A stretch of 32,000 bases of DNA from contig NC_009483.1 in NCBI RefSeq assembly GCF_000016745.1, positions 240,001 to 272,000 of the forward strand, given 5' to 3'. Shown here piece by piece: positions 1 to 7,775 of this stretch; positions within the stretch are counted from its first letter, which is position 1; each line of letters starts with the position of its first letter. A program made the position numbers and the translations under genes. The notes under the pieces were generated by a model. The model saw only the letters and a list, made by a program, of their open reading frames with translations, was not told the DNA's origin and searched no databases. The DNA is from Geotalea uraniireducens Rf4. GTDB taxonomy: Bacteria > Desulfobacterota > Desulfuromonadia > Geobacterales > Geobacteraceae.

Positions 1-60
1 ATTTCAGGGTGAAGAATTAATGCATTTGGGAATGCCGGGGAATAATGCCTGATTGTATAG

Positions 61-99
61 AAGCCGCCGGATCGGTTAAACAGATCTTGCGGCTTTTTT
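61..99 (+). terminator. Rho-independent terminator of an off-window upstream + strand gene
   Basis: AAGCCGC (61-67) pairs with GCGGCTT (89-95), with inner GATC/GATC pairing, followed by a T-run at 94-99. Confidence 0.5.
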
Positions 100-168
100 C
101 GTGCGGAAGAGGGCCAACGAAGAACTTGGCGATTAATTTTAAATATCACATCAAAGGGGGAGATTGTC

Positions 169-1158
169 ATGAAAGCTGTATTGCTTGAAGGATTTGGCGG
201 TGTGGAGGTGCTGAAGGTCGGTGAGGCGGAAAAACCGTCGCCGAAGGAAAATGAGGTTCTGGTCAAGGTGATGGCGACATCCGTCAATCGTCCTGATCTG
301 GTGCAGCGGGAGGGGAAATATCCGCCGCCGCCGGGTGATTCGGAGATTCTCGGCCTGGAAGTTGCCGGGGTGATCGAGCAACTCGGCTCCAACGTCTCCG
401 GCTGGCGGGTCGGCGACCGGGTCCTCTCCCTGGTCGGCGGTGGGGGGTACGCGGAATATGCGGTCGCCTATGCCGACCACCTGATGCCCATCCCCGACAC
501 CATGAGCTTCGAGGAGGCCGCCTGCGTCTGCGAATCCTATATCACGGCGTTTCTCAATATCTTCATCCTTGGCGAGTTCAAGGATGGCCAGACCGCCATT
601 CTCCACGGCGGCGGCGGAGGGGTCAACACCGCCGGCATTCAGCTCTGCCGGGCGCTTGCTCCCAATTCGAAACTGATCGTCACCGCCTCGCCGGAGAAAA
701 TGGAGCGGGTCAAGGAAGTGGGGGCCGACCTGGTCGTCAACTTCCGGGAAACGCCCGATTTCAGTGAGATCGTCAAGGAATACACCAACAAGAAGGGGGT
801 CGACCTGATCCTCGATCATATCGGGGCGAAGTACCTGGCCCCGAACATGAACTCCCTCGCCTACAAAGGGAAGCTGGTCGTCATCGGCGTCACGAGCGGC
901 ATCAAGGCAGAGCTCAATCTCGCCCTCATGATGGTGAAGCGGCAGCAGATCATCGGCTCGGTGCTCCGTTCCCGGCCGGTGAGCGAAAAAGGGGAGATCG
1001 TCGCCGAGTTCACCAAACGGGCGCTTCCCAAGTTCGCCGACCGGACCATCGTGCCGATCATCGAGAAGGTCTTCCCCCTCGACCAGGTTGTCGATGCCCA
1101 CAGGATGATGGAAGAGGACAAGCATTTCGGCAAGATCGTGCTGAAGATCGGCGCATAG
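169..1158 (+). CDS. Zn-independent medium-chain dehydrogenase/reductase, NAD(P)H:quinone oxidoreductase-like
   Basis: 329-aa ORF with a GGGGGAG RBS upstream of the ATG. Has GroES-like N-terminal motifs (NRPD, ILGLEVAGVI), the glycine-rich Rossmann motif LHGGGGGVNTAGIQL and the C-terminal HxGKIVL typical of the QOR/PIG3 family. Confidence 0.85.
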   Translation: MKAVLLEGFGGVEVLKVGEAEKPSPKENEVLVKVMATSVNRPDLVQREGKYPPPPGDSEILGLEVAGVIEQLGSNVSGWRVGDRVLSLVGGGGYAEYAVAYADHLMPIPDTMSFEEAACVCESYITAFLNIFILGEFKDGQTAILHGGGGGVNTAGIQLCRALAPNSKLIVTASPEKMERVKEVGADLVVNFRETPDFSEIVKEYTNKKGVDLILDHIGAKYLAPNMNSLAYKGKLVVIGVTSGIKAELNLALMMVKRQQIIGSVLRSRPVSEKGEIVAEFTKRALPKFADRTIVPIIEKVFPLDQVVDAHRMMEEDKHFGKIVLKIGA

Positions 1159-1183
1159 GCCGAAGCCCGGCAGAATGGAAGGG

Positions 1184-1214
1184 GGCAGGCCGGTGCGTAC
1201 GGCCTGCCCTTTCT
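1184..1214 (+). terminator. Probable intrinsic terminator after the oxidoreductase gene
   Basis: GGCAGGCCG (1184-1192) / CGGCCTGCC (1200-1208) perfect 9-bp stem, 7-nt loop, weak CTTTCT tail. Confidence 0.45.
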
Positions 1215-1232
1215 GCGCAAAGGAGAGGAATC

Positions 1233-1901
1233 ATGCATACGGGAAATGCCGACACAAAGCCGACGATGATGCAATATACGAACCTTGTCGGTTGTTGCCT
1301 TGCTGTTTTACTGATCCTGCTTACGGCTGCGCCGCTTTCTGCCGCAAGCATCAAAAGCCTGGATAATCTGGGCAGAAACCTCTATGCCAATGAAATCAAG
1401 GAGCGAAGCGCACGGCGCATGGAATCCTTTGCCGCCTTGCAGTCATCTCTGGACAGCCTCAACACCGGCCAGGAAATTTCCAGCGTCGTGCAGATAAACA
1501 AGGCGCTTTCCCTTGTGGAGCAAAGCCGGCAGTTGCAGCGCAAGGCGGGAGAGGACCTCACGGCGCTTTCCGGCTACATAACCGCAAACAGGATGAAGCT
1601 GGAAGCTGAGGGGCTGGATAGTTTCCTCCCCCTGGCAGAGCTGGACGACAAGACCTCCAGGCAGTATGAAGAGTCCCTGCGGCTTTATCTTGCTGCCTAT
1701 AAAGCGTTGCTCGAATACTCACGGGACAATATCCTCCCTCTGCGGGTAGGGCGGCAACCGGAGCAGGGTCAGTACGAAGCCTTGTACAATGGCTATGTTA
1801 CTGCGGCGAACAAGCTGGGTGAAGTCGATGCCGAGCGGTTCGGGTTCGTGGCGGATTTCGTCCGCGAGCACCCTGACCTCGCTCCCTACGTGAAAAAATG
1901 A
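1233..1901 (+). CDS. Hypothetical secreted/periplasmic helical protein
   Basis: 222-aa ORF with an AAGGAGAGG RBS 5-14 nt upstream. N-terminal hydrophobic signal-like segment ([22 protein letters not shown]). No family recognised. The start could instead be the internal MM at residues 12-13. Confidence 0.6.
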   Translation: MHTGNADTKPTMMQYTNLVGCCLAVLLILLTAAPLSAASIKSLDNLGRNLYANEIKERSARRMESFAALQSSLDSLNTGQEISSVVQINKALSLVEQSRQLQRKAGEDLTALSGYITANRMKLEAEGLDSFLPLAELDDKTSRQYEESLRLYLAAYKALLEYSRDNILPLRVGRQPEQGQYEALYNGYVTAANKLGEVDAERFGFVADFVREHPDLAPYVKK

Positions 1902-1935
1902 GCTGCAATCACATCATGAAAACAAGGAGTTTATC

Positions 1936-2418
1936 GTGAACTTATGCCCTTGCGGGTCAGGCATTGACTACGGGAAATGCTGCGAACCGCTGATCAAAGG
2001 CGCGCGCCAGGCGCAGACCGCAGAAGAGTTGATGCGTTCCCGTTACACGGCGTATGTAAAGGTGGAAATCGATTACCTGTTTGAAACCACCCACCCGGCC
2101 CATCGCCAGGGCTTCGACCATGAAGGGACGAGGCAGTGGGCAGAGAACTCCGTCTGGGAAGGACTGGAAATTGTCACCACCGGCAAGGGGGGGACGGACG
2201 ATGGCGAAGGCCGGGTCGAATTCATCGCCCGTTTCCGGGAAAAGGGGGTGAAAAAGGCCCATCACGAGTTGGCGGAGTTTAAGAAAGACGACGGCAAATG
2301 GTTCTTTACCGACGGTTCGGCCGTTCCCCGGAAGCCCGCTACAAGCGTCAAGGTCGGCCGCAACGACCCCTGCACATGCGGCAGCGGTTTGAAATACAAG
2401 AAATGCTGCGGGAAATGA
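1936..2418 (+). CDS. ychJ: YchJ-family (UPF0225) protein with SEC-C metal-binding motifs at both ends
   Basis: GTG start 6 nt after AAGGAG. N-terminal CPCGSG..YGKCC and C-terminal [18 protein letters not shown] motifs flank an NTF2-like core. Confidence 0.85.
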   Translation: MNLCPCGSGIDYGKCCEPLIKGARQAQTAEELMRSRYTAYVKVEIDYLFETTHPAHRQGFDHEGTRQWAENSVWEGLEIVTTGKGGTDDGEGRVEFIARFREKGVKKAHHELAEFKKDDGKWFFTDGSAVPRKPATSVKVGRNDPCTCGSGLKYKKCCGK

Positions 2419-2440
2419 CCCGCGACGATGCCTATGAAAA

Positions 2441-2468
2441 AAGCCCGCGAAAGCGGGCTTTTTTGTTT
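2441..2468 (+). terminator. Rho-independent terminator of ychJ, which is also the group II intron insertion site
   Basis: AAGCCCGC (2441-2448), GAAA loop, GCGGGCTT (2453-2460), then T-run TTTTTTGTTT to 2468. Confidence 0.85.
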
Positions 2469-4393
2469 GTGCGCCAGGCATGGCGCGTGGCGCGTAAGCG
2501 CCATCCAATTGGGTATGGTGCCTGATTGGTGACTTGGAGGTGAAAGTCCTCTTCGGACCCTGATGGTGGGAACCGATAGCTGAACAGCAAGGGTGTCCGG
2601 GGCGACCCGGAATCTGAAGGAAGCTGTAGGCAAAGTCCTGGCCCGACGAACAGGAATCGCATATGAGGCAGCCACATCTGGGCGAGAAGGCAAACAGATT
2701 CAAAGCCCGATAACCATCCAGAAAGATGTGGAAGTAGATGCGGCGGGTATATGGGATGAAGGTCACGCGCATTACCCTGGGAGGTCTGTCAACCTGCCTT
2801 GTGCTACCGGCATCGAGAGGTGCCGGGATGGGTTGGCAGAAGTCAGCAGAGGCCATACGAGTCGGAATAACCGACCGACAAAGGGCCGAACTTGAAGTAA
2901 GCGGACAGGAGCCTTGAGTTTCGATGACGACAGGAGCAGCAGAAGGCCGGGTTGGGATACCCGGCGCCAGCCCGGAGGGTAGCGGTTGGAAACCGCGAGA
3001 GAAAGGGAGAGGTGCGGCAAACGTCACGGGAAGGAAAGCAGCTCACTGGCCGGAAGCGGCAACGGGACTGATGGAGAAGATCGTCAGTCGCGGCAACATG
3101 ATGGCGGCATACTCACGGGTAATGCGCAACAAGGGAGCGCCCGGCGTCGATAACATGCCGGTAACGGCCCTGAAGGGCTACCTACAGGAGGAATGGCCGC
3201 GCATCAGAGAAGAACTGCTGACGGGAACGTATCACCCGCAACCGGTGCGGAAAGTAGAAATTCCCAAACCGGGAGGCGGCACACGGATGCTGGGAATTCC
3301 CACCGTCCTTGACCGACTCATTCAGCAGGCGGTGCATCAAGTTTTGAGCCCGCTGTTCGACCCTGGTTTCTCCATAAGTTCCCACGGGTTTCGCCCTGGA
3401 CGGAGCGCCCATCAAGCGATCAAGGCAGCTCGGAAGTATGTAGAGAGCGGCCTTAGGTGGGTGGTTGACATTGACCTTGAGAAATTTTTCGACCGAGTCC
3501 ACCACGACACCCTTATGTCGCTGGTGAAACGCAAGGTTGGAGACCGTCTGGTGCTGTCCCTTATCGACAGCTACCTTAAGGCAGGGATACTTGAAGGAGG
3601 AGTGACGTCACCCCGGTTGGAAGGCACGCCGCAAGGCGGGCCTCTCTCGCCGCTGCTGTCCAACATCCTCCTCGACGAACTGGACAAGAAACTGGAAAGA
3701 AGGGGCCATAAGTTCTGCCGCTATGCCGACGACGCAAATATCTATGTTGCAACGAGGAGAAGCGGCGAGCGTGTCATGGCCTCAATTACCGGCTACCTGT
3801 CCGAGCGGCTCAAGCTCACGGTCAACCAGGGCAAAAGCGCGGTTGACCGTCCGTGGAAAAGGTCGTTTCTGAGTTACAGCATGACCCGGCACCGCAAACC
3901 GCGGCTTACCGTGGCCAAGAAAGCGGCTGCCAGGCTCAAGGCCAACCTCAAGACGATCTTTAGGCGGGGAAGGGGTCAGAACATCCAAACCACCGTTGAA
4001 GAGACAACCCCGAAACTTAGGGGTTGGTTAAACTACTTTCGGTACGCGGAAGTAAAAGGCATCTTCGAGGAACTGGACGGATGGCTGAGACGTAAACTGC
4101 GTCGCATTCTCTGGAAGCAGTGGAAGCGCCCCAAGACGCGAGCAAAGAAACTGATGCGGCGGGGATTATCGGAGGCAACTGCATGGCGGTCGGCCACAAA
4201 CGGCCGCGGCCCCTGGTGGAATGCAGGGGCCGCGCATATGAACAAAGCTGTTCCGAAATTCTACTTCGACAAACTGGGGCTGGTATCACTCATAGACCAG
4301 CTTCACCGACTTCAACGTACTTCATGAACCGCCGTGTACGGAACCGTACGCACGGTGGTGTGGGAGGACGGCGGGAGCAATCCCGCCTCCTAC
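2469..4393 (+). mobile_element. Group II intron (bacterial, class C-like), apparently full length
   Basis: 5' GTGCG at 2469. Intron-encoded RT ORF lies in domain IV. The domain V-like hairpin at 4329-4358 is CCGCCGTG-TACG/GAAC/CGTA-(CG bulge)-CACGGTGG. The domain VI-like hairpin with a GCAA loop ends ...CCTAC at about 4393. The 3' boundary is uncertain by about 10 nt. Confidence 0.8.
3071..4327 (+). CDS. Group II intron reverse transcriptase/maturase (no endonuclease domain evident)
   Basis: The ORF is open from 2924, but homology-type sequence starts at MEKIVSRGNMMAAYSRVMRNKGAPGVDNM (ATG 3071, 418 aa). Has RT blocks including RMLGIPTVLDRLIQQA and the catalytic YADD (FCRYADDANIYV), plus a maturase X-like C-terminus (LRGWLNYFRY). 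Confidence 0.9.
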   Translation: MEKIVSRGNMMAAYSRVMRNKGAPGVDNMPVTALKGYLQEEWPRIREELLTGTYHPQPVRKVEIPKPGGGTRMLGIPTVLDRLIQQAVHQVLSPLFDPGFSISSHGFRPGRSAHQAIKAARKYVESGLRWVVDIDLEKFFDRVHHDTLMSLVKRKVGDRLVLSLIDSYLKAGILEGGVTSPRLEGTPQGGPLSPLLSNILLDELDKKLERRGHKFCRYADDANIYVATRRSGERVMASITGYLSERLKLTVNQGKSAVDRPWKRSFLSYSMTRHRKPRLTVAKKAAARLKANLKTIFRRGRGQNIQTTVEETTPKLRGWLNYFRYAEVKGIFEELDGWLRRKLRRILWKQWKRPKTRAKKLMRRGLSEATAWRSATNGRGPWWNAGAAHMNKAVPKFYFDKLGLVSLIDQLHRLQRTS

Positions 4394-4486
4394 CCGATTT
4401 AACCGCAAGGGGAATACTGGCAATACCCGGCTTGTGCGGTACAATTTTTCTACGGAGAAGTCAGGCGGTTCTCAAGGAGGACGAGG

Positions 4487-5377
4487 ATGAACATATTTCT
4501 CAGCGGCGGCACTGGCTTTGTCGGCGGCCATCTTAGGAGGGCCTTGCTGGAGAAAGGGCACCGGATCAGGCTCCTTGCCCACAAGAGGGGGGATGGTTTC
4601 GAAGATGGGATTGAGGTGGTGGAAGGGGACGTGACCCGCCCTGACACCTTTGCCGGGCAGCTCGCGGGGTGCGAAGCCGCAATCAACCTGGTGGGGATAA
4701 TCCGCGAGTTTCCGGCGCAGGGCATAACCTTCGAGAAACTTCTTGTGCAGGCCACCCGAAACATGGTCGATGCGGCAAAAGGGGCGGGAATAAAGCGTTA
4801 CCTTCACATGTCGGCCCTGGGGACCAGGCCGAACGCCACCTCCGCGTATCATAGGTCCAAGTTTCTCGCAGAGGAATATGTCCGCGCCTCCGGCCTGGAT
4901 TACACCATTTTCCGTCCGTCCATTATTTTTGGGCCGAAGGACGATTTCATCAATAAACTTGCCGGATACATCAAGGGCTATCCGGCAGTGCCGGTCATCG
5001 GCGACGGCAAATACCGGCTCCAGCCGATAGCGGCAGACGATGTGGCGCGTTGCTTTGCCATGTCTCTGGAAATGCCGGAGACGGTCGGCAAAACCTATGA
5101 AATCTGCGGCATCGACCGGCTTACCTACAATGAAATGCTCGACACCATCGGTCGTGTGCTCGGCAAGTCGCACGTGGCTAAAATCCCCAACCCGCTCGGC
5201 ATCATGAAGCTCGTGGTCCCGCTTCTGCAAGGGTTCTCGTTTTTTCCCATCACCATGGACCAGATTTTAATGCTCGTAGAGGAAAATATCTGCGACGGCG
5301 CCTGGCGTGAAACCTTCAACTTCGAGCCGCAACGGTTCGAAGAGGGGATACGCGCCTATCTGCGGCCGCACGGGTGA
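4487..5377 (+). CDS. NAD(P)-binding atypical SDR (NmrA/NDUFA9-like epimerase/dehydratase family)
   Basis: 296 aa with an AAGGAGGA RBS. N-terminal Rossmann motif FLSGGTGFVGGHL, and YxxSK (YHRSKFLAE). Confidence 0.8.
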   Translation: MNIFLSGGTGFVGGHLRRALLEKGHRIRLLAHKRGDGFEDGIEVVEGDVTRPDTFAGQLAGCEAAINLVGIIREFPAQGITFEKLLVQATRNMVDAAKGAGIKRYLHMSALGTRPNATSAYHRSKFLAEEYVRASGLDYTIFRPSIIFGPKDDFINKLAGYIKGYPAVPVIGDGKYRLQPIAADDVARCFAMSLEMPETVGKTYEICGIDRLTYNEMLDTIGRVLGKSHVAKIPNPLGIMKLVVPLLQGFSFFPITMDQILMLVEENICDGAWRETFNFEPQRFEEGIRAYLRPHG

Positions 5378-5469
5378 GGACGCGCAAAAAATCGATCTCC
5401 CCTGTTGCCCGTGGAGATTAGCGGTATACTTAGGTGTGACAAAATTAATCTTATCGAGGGAGGCAGACG

Positions 5470-5643
5470 ATGGTCACATCTCCGGAAAAAAACGCGTGCA
5501 CGAAGTGCGGCAGCGAAAATGTCGAGCAGACCAAGGAAGGGCTTTACTGCAACGCCTGCGAACGGATGGTGCGGGTAAGCCGGGCGGTCCATCACGAAGG
5601 TTTTCCCCATGTGGTGGTCGATGAGAACGAGCAAGAGCCGTAA
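5470..5643 (+). CDS. Small (57 aa) zinc-ribbon protein, absent from the ORF track because it is under 60 aa
   Basis: ATG at 5470 lies 6 nt after GGGAGG (5458-5463). Translation is MVTSPEKNACTKCGSENVEQTKEGLYCNACERMVRVSRAVHHEGFPHVVVDENEQEP, with CxxC-x13-CxxC. The stop at 5641-5643 is only 5 nt before the nrdJ ATG. Confidence 0.6.
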   Translation: MVTSPEKNACTKCGSENVEQTKEGLYCNACERMVRVSRAVHHEGFPHVVVDENEQEP

Positions 5644-5648
5644 TCCAT

Positions 5649-7346
5649 ATGGAGCTTTCAGAGAACGCCCTAAAAGTGCTGAGGGCCCGTTACCTGCTGA
5701 AGGATGAACAAGGAAGGGTCATCGAGTCTCCCAGGGAAATGTTCGGCCGCATAGCCCGCAGCGTCGCAGAGGCGGAAAAATTTTACGGCGACAGGGCATG
5801 TTACTGGGAAGAACGGTTTTATGAGCTGCTCTCTTCCCTGAGGTTCCTTCCCAATTCGCCGACGATCATGAACGCCGGGAAATCACCCGGGCAACTGGCC
5901 GCCTGCTTTGTCCTCCCTGTGGAAGACTCCATGCCGGGAATCTTCGATACCCTGAAAAACGCCGCGCTGATTCTCCAGAGCGGCGGCGGCACCGGCTTTT
6001 CCTTTTCCCGCCTACGTCCCAAGGCCGATATCGTCCGTTCCACCGGCGGCATCGCCAGCGGCCCGGTTTCCTTCATGAAGATCTACAACACGGCCACTGA
6101 CGTGATAAAGCAGGGGGGGGCGCGGCGCGGCGCAAACATGGGGATACTGCGCATCGACCATCCCGATGTGCTGGAGTTCATCCGGGTCAAGAGGGATGCA
6201 AAGGAGCTCGCCAATTTCAACATCTCGCTGGCAATAACCGATGCCTACATGGAGGCGTTGCGGGCAGACGGGGAATATCAGCTCGTCAATCCCCGGACAG
6301 GGAAGAGTGCAGGGCGTCTGCGGGCAGGGGAGGTCTTCGGCGAGATCGTTGCAAGCGCCTGGGAAACCGGGGATCCCGGACTGGTCTTCATCGACCGGCT
6401 CAACCGGGCCAATCCCACGCCTGCGGCCGGCAGTTTCGAAAGCACCAACCCCTGCGGCGAACAGCCGCTCCTCCCCTATGAGGCGTGCGTCCTCGGCTCC
6501 CTCAATCTGGCTGCCCATGTGAAGGGCGGCGTCATCGACTATGATGCCCTGGGAAGAGACGTGGCTGTTGCGGTGCGCTTCCTCGACGATACCATCGACG
6601 TTAACAGCTACCCCCTGCCGGCCATTGAACGGATGCACAAGGGGAACCGGAAGATAGGCCTGGGGGTGATGGGATGGGCGGACATGCTGGTCCTGCTCGG
6701 AATCCCCTATGACCACGAGAAGGCATTCAGGCTTGCGCGGGAGGTGATGCGCTTCATCCGGGACGCATCCAGGGAGGCCTCCTGCGCCCTGGCCAAGGAA
6801 CGTGGCGTCTTCCCCAATTTCGCCGGCTCAATTTACGATGCGCCGCACATGCCCCGGCTGCGCAACGCCACCACAACCACCATCGCCCCTACCGGGACCC
6901 TCTCCACCATCGCCGACTGCTCAAGCGGCATCGAGCCTCTCTTCGCCCTTGCCTACAAGCGTTTTGTCCTGGATAGCGAGTTGGTCGAGATTAACAAATA
7001 TTTCCTGCAAATGGCAAAAGAGCAGGGTTTTTACTCCGTTGAGCTGTTTCAGGAAGTGATGCGACGGGGGAACCTGCGCCAGGTAAAGGGAATTCCCTCC
7101 CGGGTGAAAAGGCTTTTCCGGACGGCGCTGGAAATCCTTCCCGAACACCACATCGAGATGCAGGCCGCCTTTCAGGAATATACCGACAACGCCGTCTCCA
7201 AGACCATCAACCTGCCCAACCGCGCCAAGAAAGAGGATGTGGCGCGCGCCTACCTGCTCGCCTACGAAAAAGGGTGCAAGGGGATCACCGTCTTCCGCTA
7301 CGGCGCCAGGCGCGGGACCCTGGTCAAGTTTGCCGATACGGACTGA
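5649..7346 (+). CDS. nrdJ: Class II (adenosylcobalamin-dependent) ribonucleotide reductase, short form
   Basis: 565 aa. N-terminal ALKVLRARYLLKDEQG, the NSPTIMNAG motif, the catalytic NPCGEQPL loop, and the C-terminal core motif GCKGITVFRYG. Confidence 0.9.
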   Translation: MELSENALKVLRARYLLKDEQGRVIESPREMFGRIARSVAEAEKFYGDRACYWEERFYELLSSLRFLPNSPTIMNAGKSPGQLAACFVLPVEDSMPGIFDTLKNAALILQSGGGTGFSFSRLRPKADIVRSTGGIASGPVSFMKIYNTATDVIKQGGARRGANMGILRIDHPDVLEFIRVKRDAKELANFNISLAITDAYMEALRADGEYQLVNPRTGKSAGRLRAGEVFGEIVASAWETGDPGLVFIDRLNRANPTPAAGSFESTNPCGEQPLLPYEACVLGSLNLAAHVKGGVIDYDALGRDVAVAVRFLDDTIDVNSYPLPAIERMHKGNRKIGLGVMGWADMLVLLGIPYDHEKAFRLAREVMRFIRDASREASCALAKERGVFPNFAGSIYDAPHMPRLRNATTTTIAPTGTLSTIADCSSGIEPLFALAYKRFVLDSELVEINKYFLQMAKEQGFYSVELFQEVMRRGNLRQVKGIPSRVKRLFRTALEILPEHHIEMQAAFQEYTDNAVSKTINLPNRAKKEDVARAYLLAYEKGCKGITVFRYGARRGTLVKFADTD

Positions 7347-7453
7347 TTTGCCCGCCCATCTTTTCAAGACATGCCTCCGAGAAAACATGCAGGCCGATTG
7401 TGTCGATATTAATGTACCGTGGGTGAATAAATTGTGTTTATGAGACATTTCTG

Positions 7454-7484
7454 TTGACAGTTGCTCGGCAGCGGTTGTATCAAG
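7454..7484 (+). promoter_or_regulatory. Candidate sigma70 promoter driving the riboswitch leader
   Basis: TTGACA at 7454-7459. The best -10-like hexamers are GTATCA (17-nt spacer) or TATCAA (19-nt spacer), so the -10 is weak. Confidence 0.3.
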
Positions 7485-7499
7485 TCAAATCAAGAATAT

Positions 7500-7587
7500 T
7501 TCGGAAACCGACGAAAAGGCAAAGCACGGGCAACCGTGTGACGCAAAGCTACCTGTCCAGTTGCAACTGGATAGAGGGGCTGCCGAA
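7500..7587 (+). promoter_or_regulatory. GEMM-I (cyclic-di-GMP-I class) riboswitch aptamer
   Basis: P1 is TTCGG (7500-7504) / CCGAA (7583-7587). Conserved GGCAAA, then a CACGG-GCAA-CCGTG hairpin (GNRA tetraloop), then the GACGCAAAGC signature, then a second hairpin UCCAGU-UGCA-ACUGGA and GGGGCUGCC. This matches the Vc2-type consensus as I recall it. Confidence 0.8.
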
Positions 7588-7601
7588 TAGGTGATGGAGA
7601 C

Positions 7602-7633
7602 AGGCCTACCCTTTCGGGGATAGGCTTTTTTTT
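7602..7633 (+). terminator. Intrinsic terminator forming the riboswitch expression platform
   Basis: AGGCCTACCC / GGG(GA)TAGGCT stem with a 2-nt bulge, followed by eight T at 7626-7633, located 143 nt upstream of the next ATG. Confidence 0.75.
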
Positions 7634-7775
7634 ATCCTTCAGTGGCTGCGTCGTCGCCGAAACCGGCTCCGGCCAGGCGGGGTAAGGAAAAGGTGAAAGA
7701 TGATATGGTAGGGACCTGATATAAAGATAAGTTAAGAATCTTGTTGAATCAGTCACAGCGGCTCGGGAGGGTAAG

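Noticed and set aside
151-1125. 324-aa ORF antisense to the oxidoreductase gene, along with similar long antisense or overlapping ORFs (for example 4472..5230-, 6012..6716-, 8522..9655-, 10003..10704-, 11589..12761-, 17299..18216-, 19356..19988-, 21362..22405+, 27141..28055+, 28520..29104+, 29123..30367-)
   Set aside because: Each lies fully opposite or over a gene with clear family motifs. Their translations are Arg/Gly/Pro/His-rich low-complexity sequences typical of stop-poor antisense frames in GC-rich DNA, and none has a recognisable domain or RBS.
1957-3027. 356-aa minus-strand ORF and several 60-140-aa ORFs spanning ychJ and the 5' part of the intron (2262..2693-, 2593..2895+, 2772..3020-)
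   Set aside because: They overlap ychJ or the structured RNA domains I-III of the group II intron. No protein features are present.
2924-3070. N-terminal 49 codons of the intron ORF (MTTGAAEGRVG...)
   Set aside because: This Gly/Ala/Arg-rich extension lies upstream of the conserved RT N-terminus, and ATG 3071 fits typical IEP starts. It is kept only as an alternative start.
5378-5469. NrdR boxes or a cobalamin riboswitch upstream of nrdJ
   Set aside because: No pair of ACACwAtATaTwGTGT-like palindromes was seen. The region is far too short and lacks the B12-box for a cobalamin riboswitch.
7344-7412. Possible Sec read-through of the nrdJ TGA stop, which would add 22 codons including one Cys
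   Set aside because: No convincing SECIS-like hairpin occurs within about 40 nt after the TGA; only a 5-bp TTTTC/GAAAA stem with a 15-nt loop is present. The extension has no recognisable motif.
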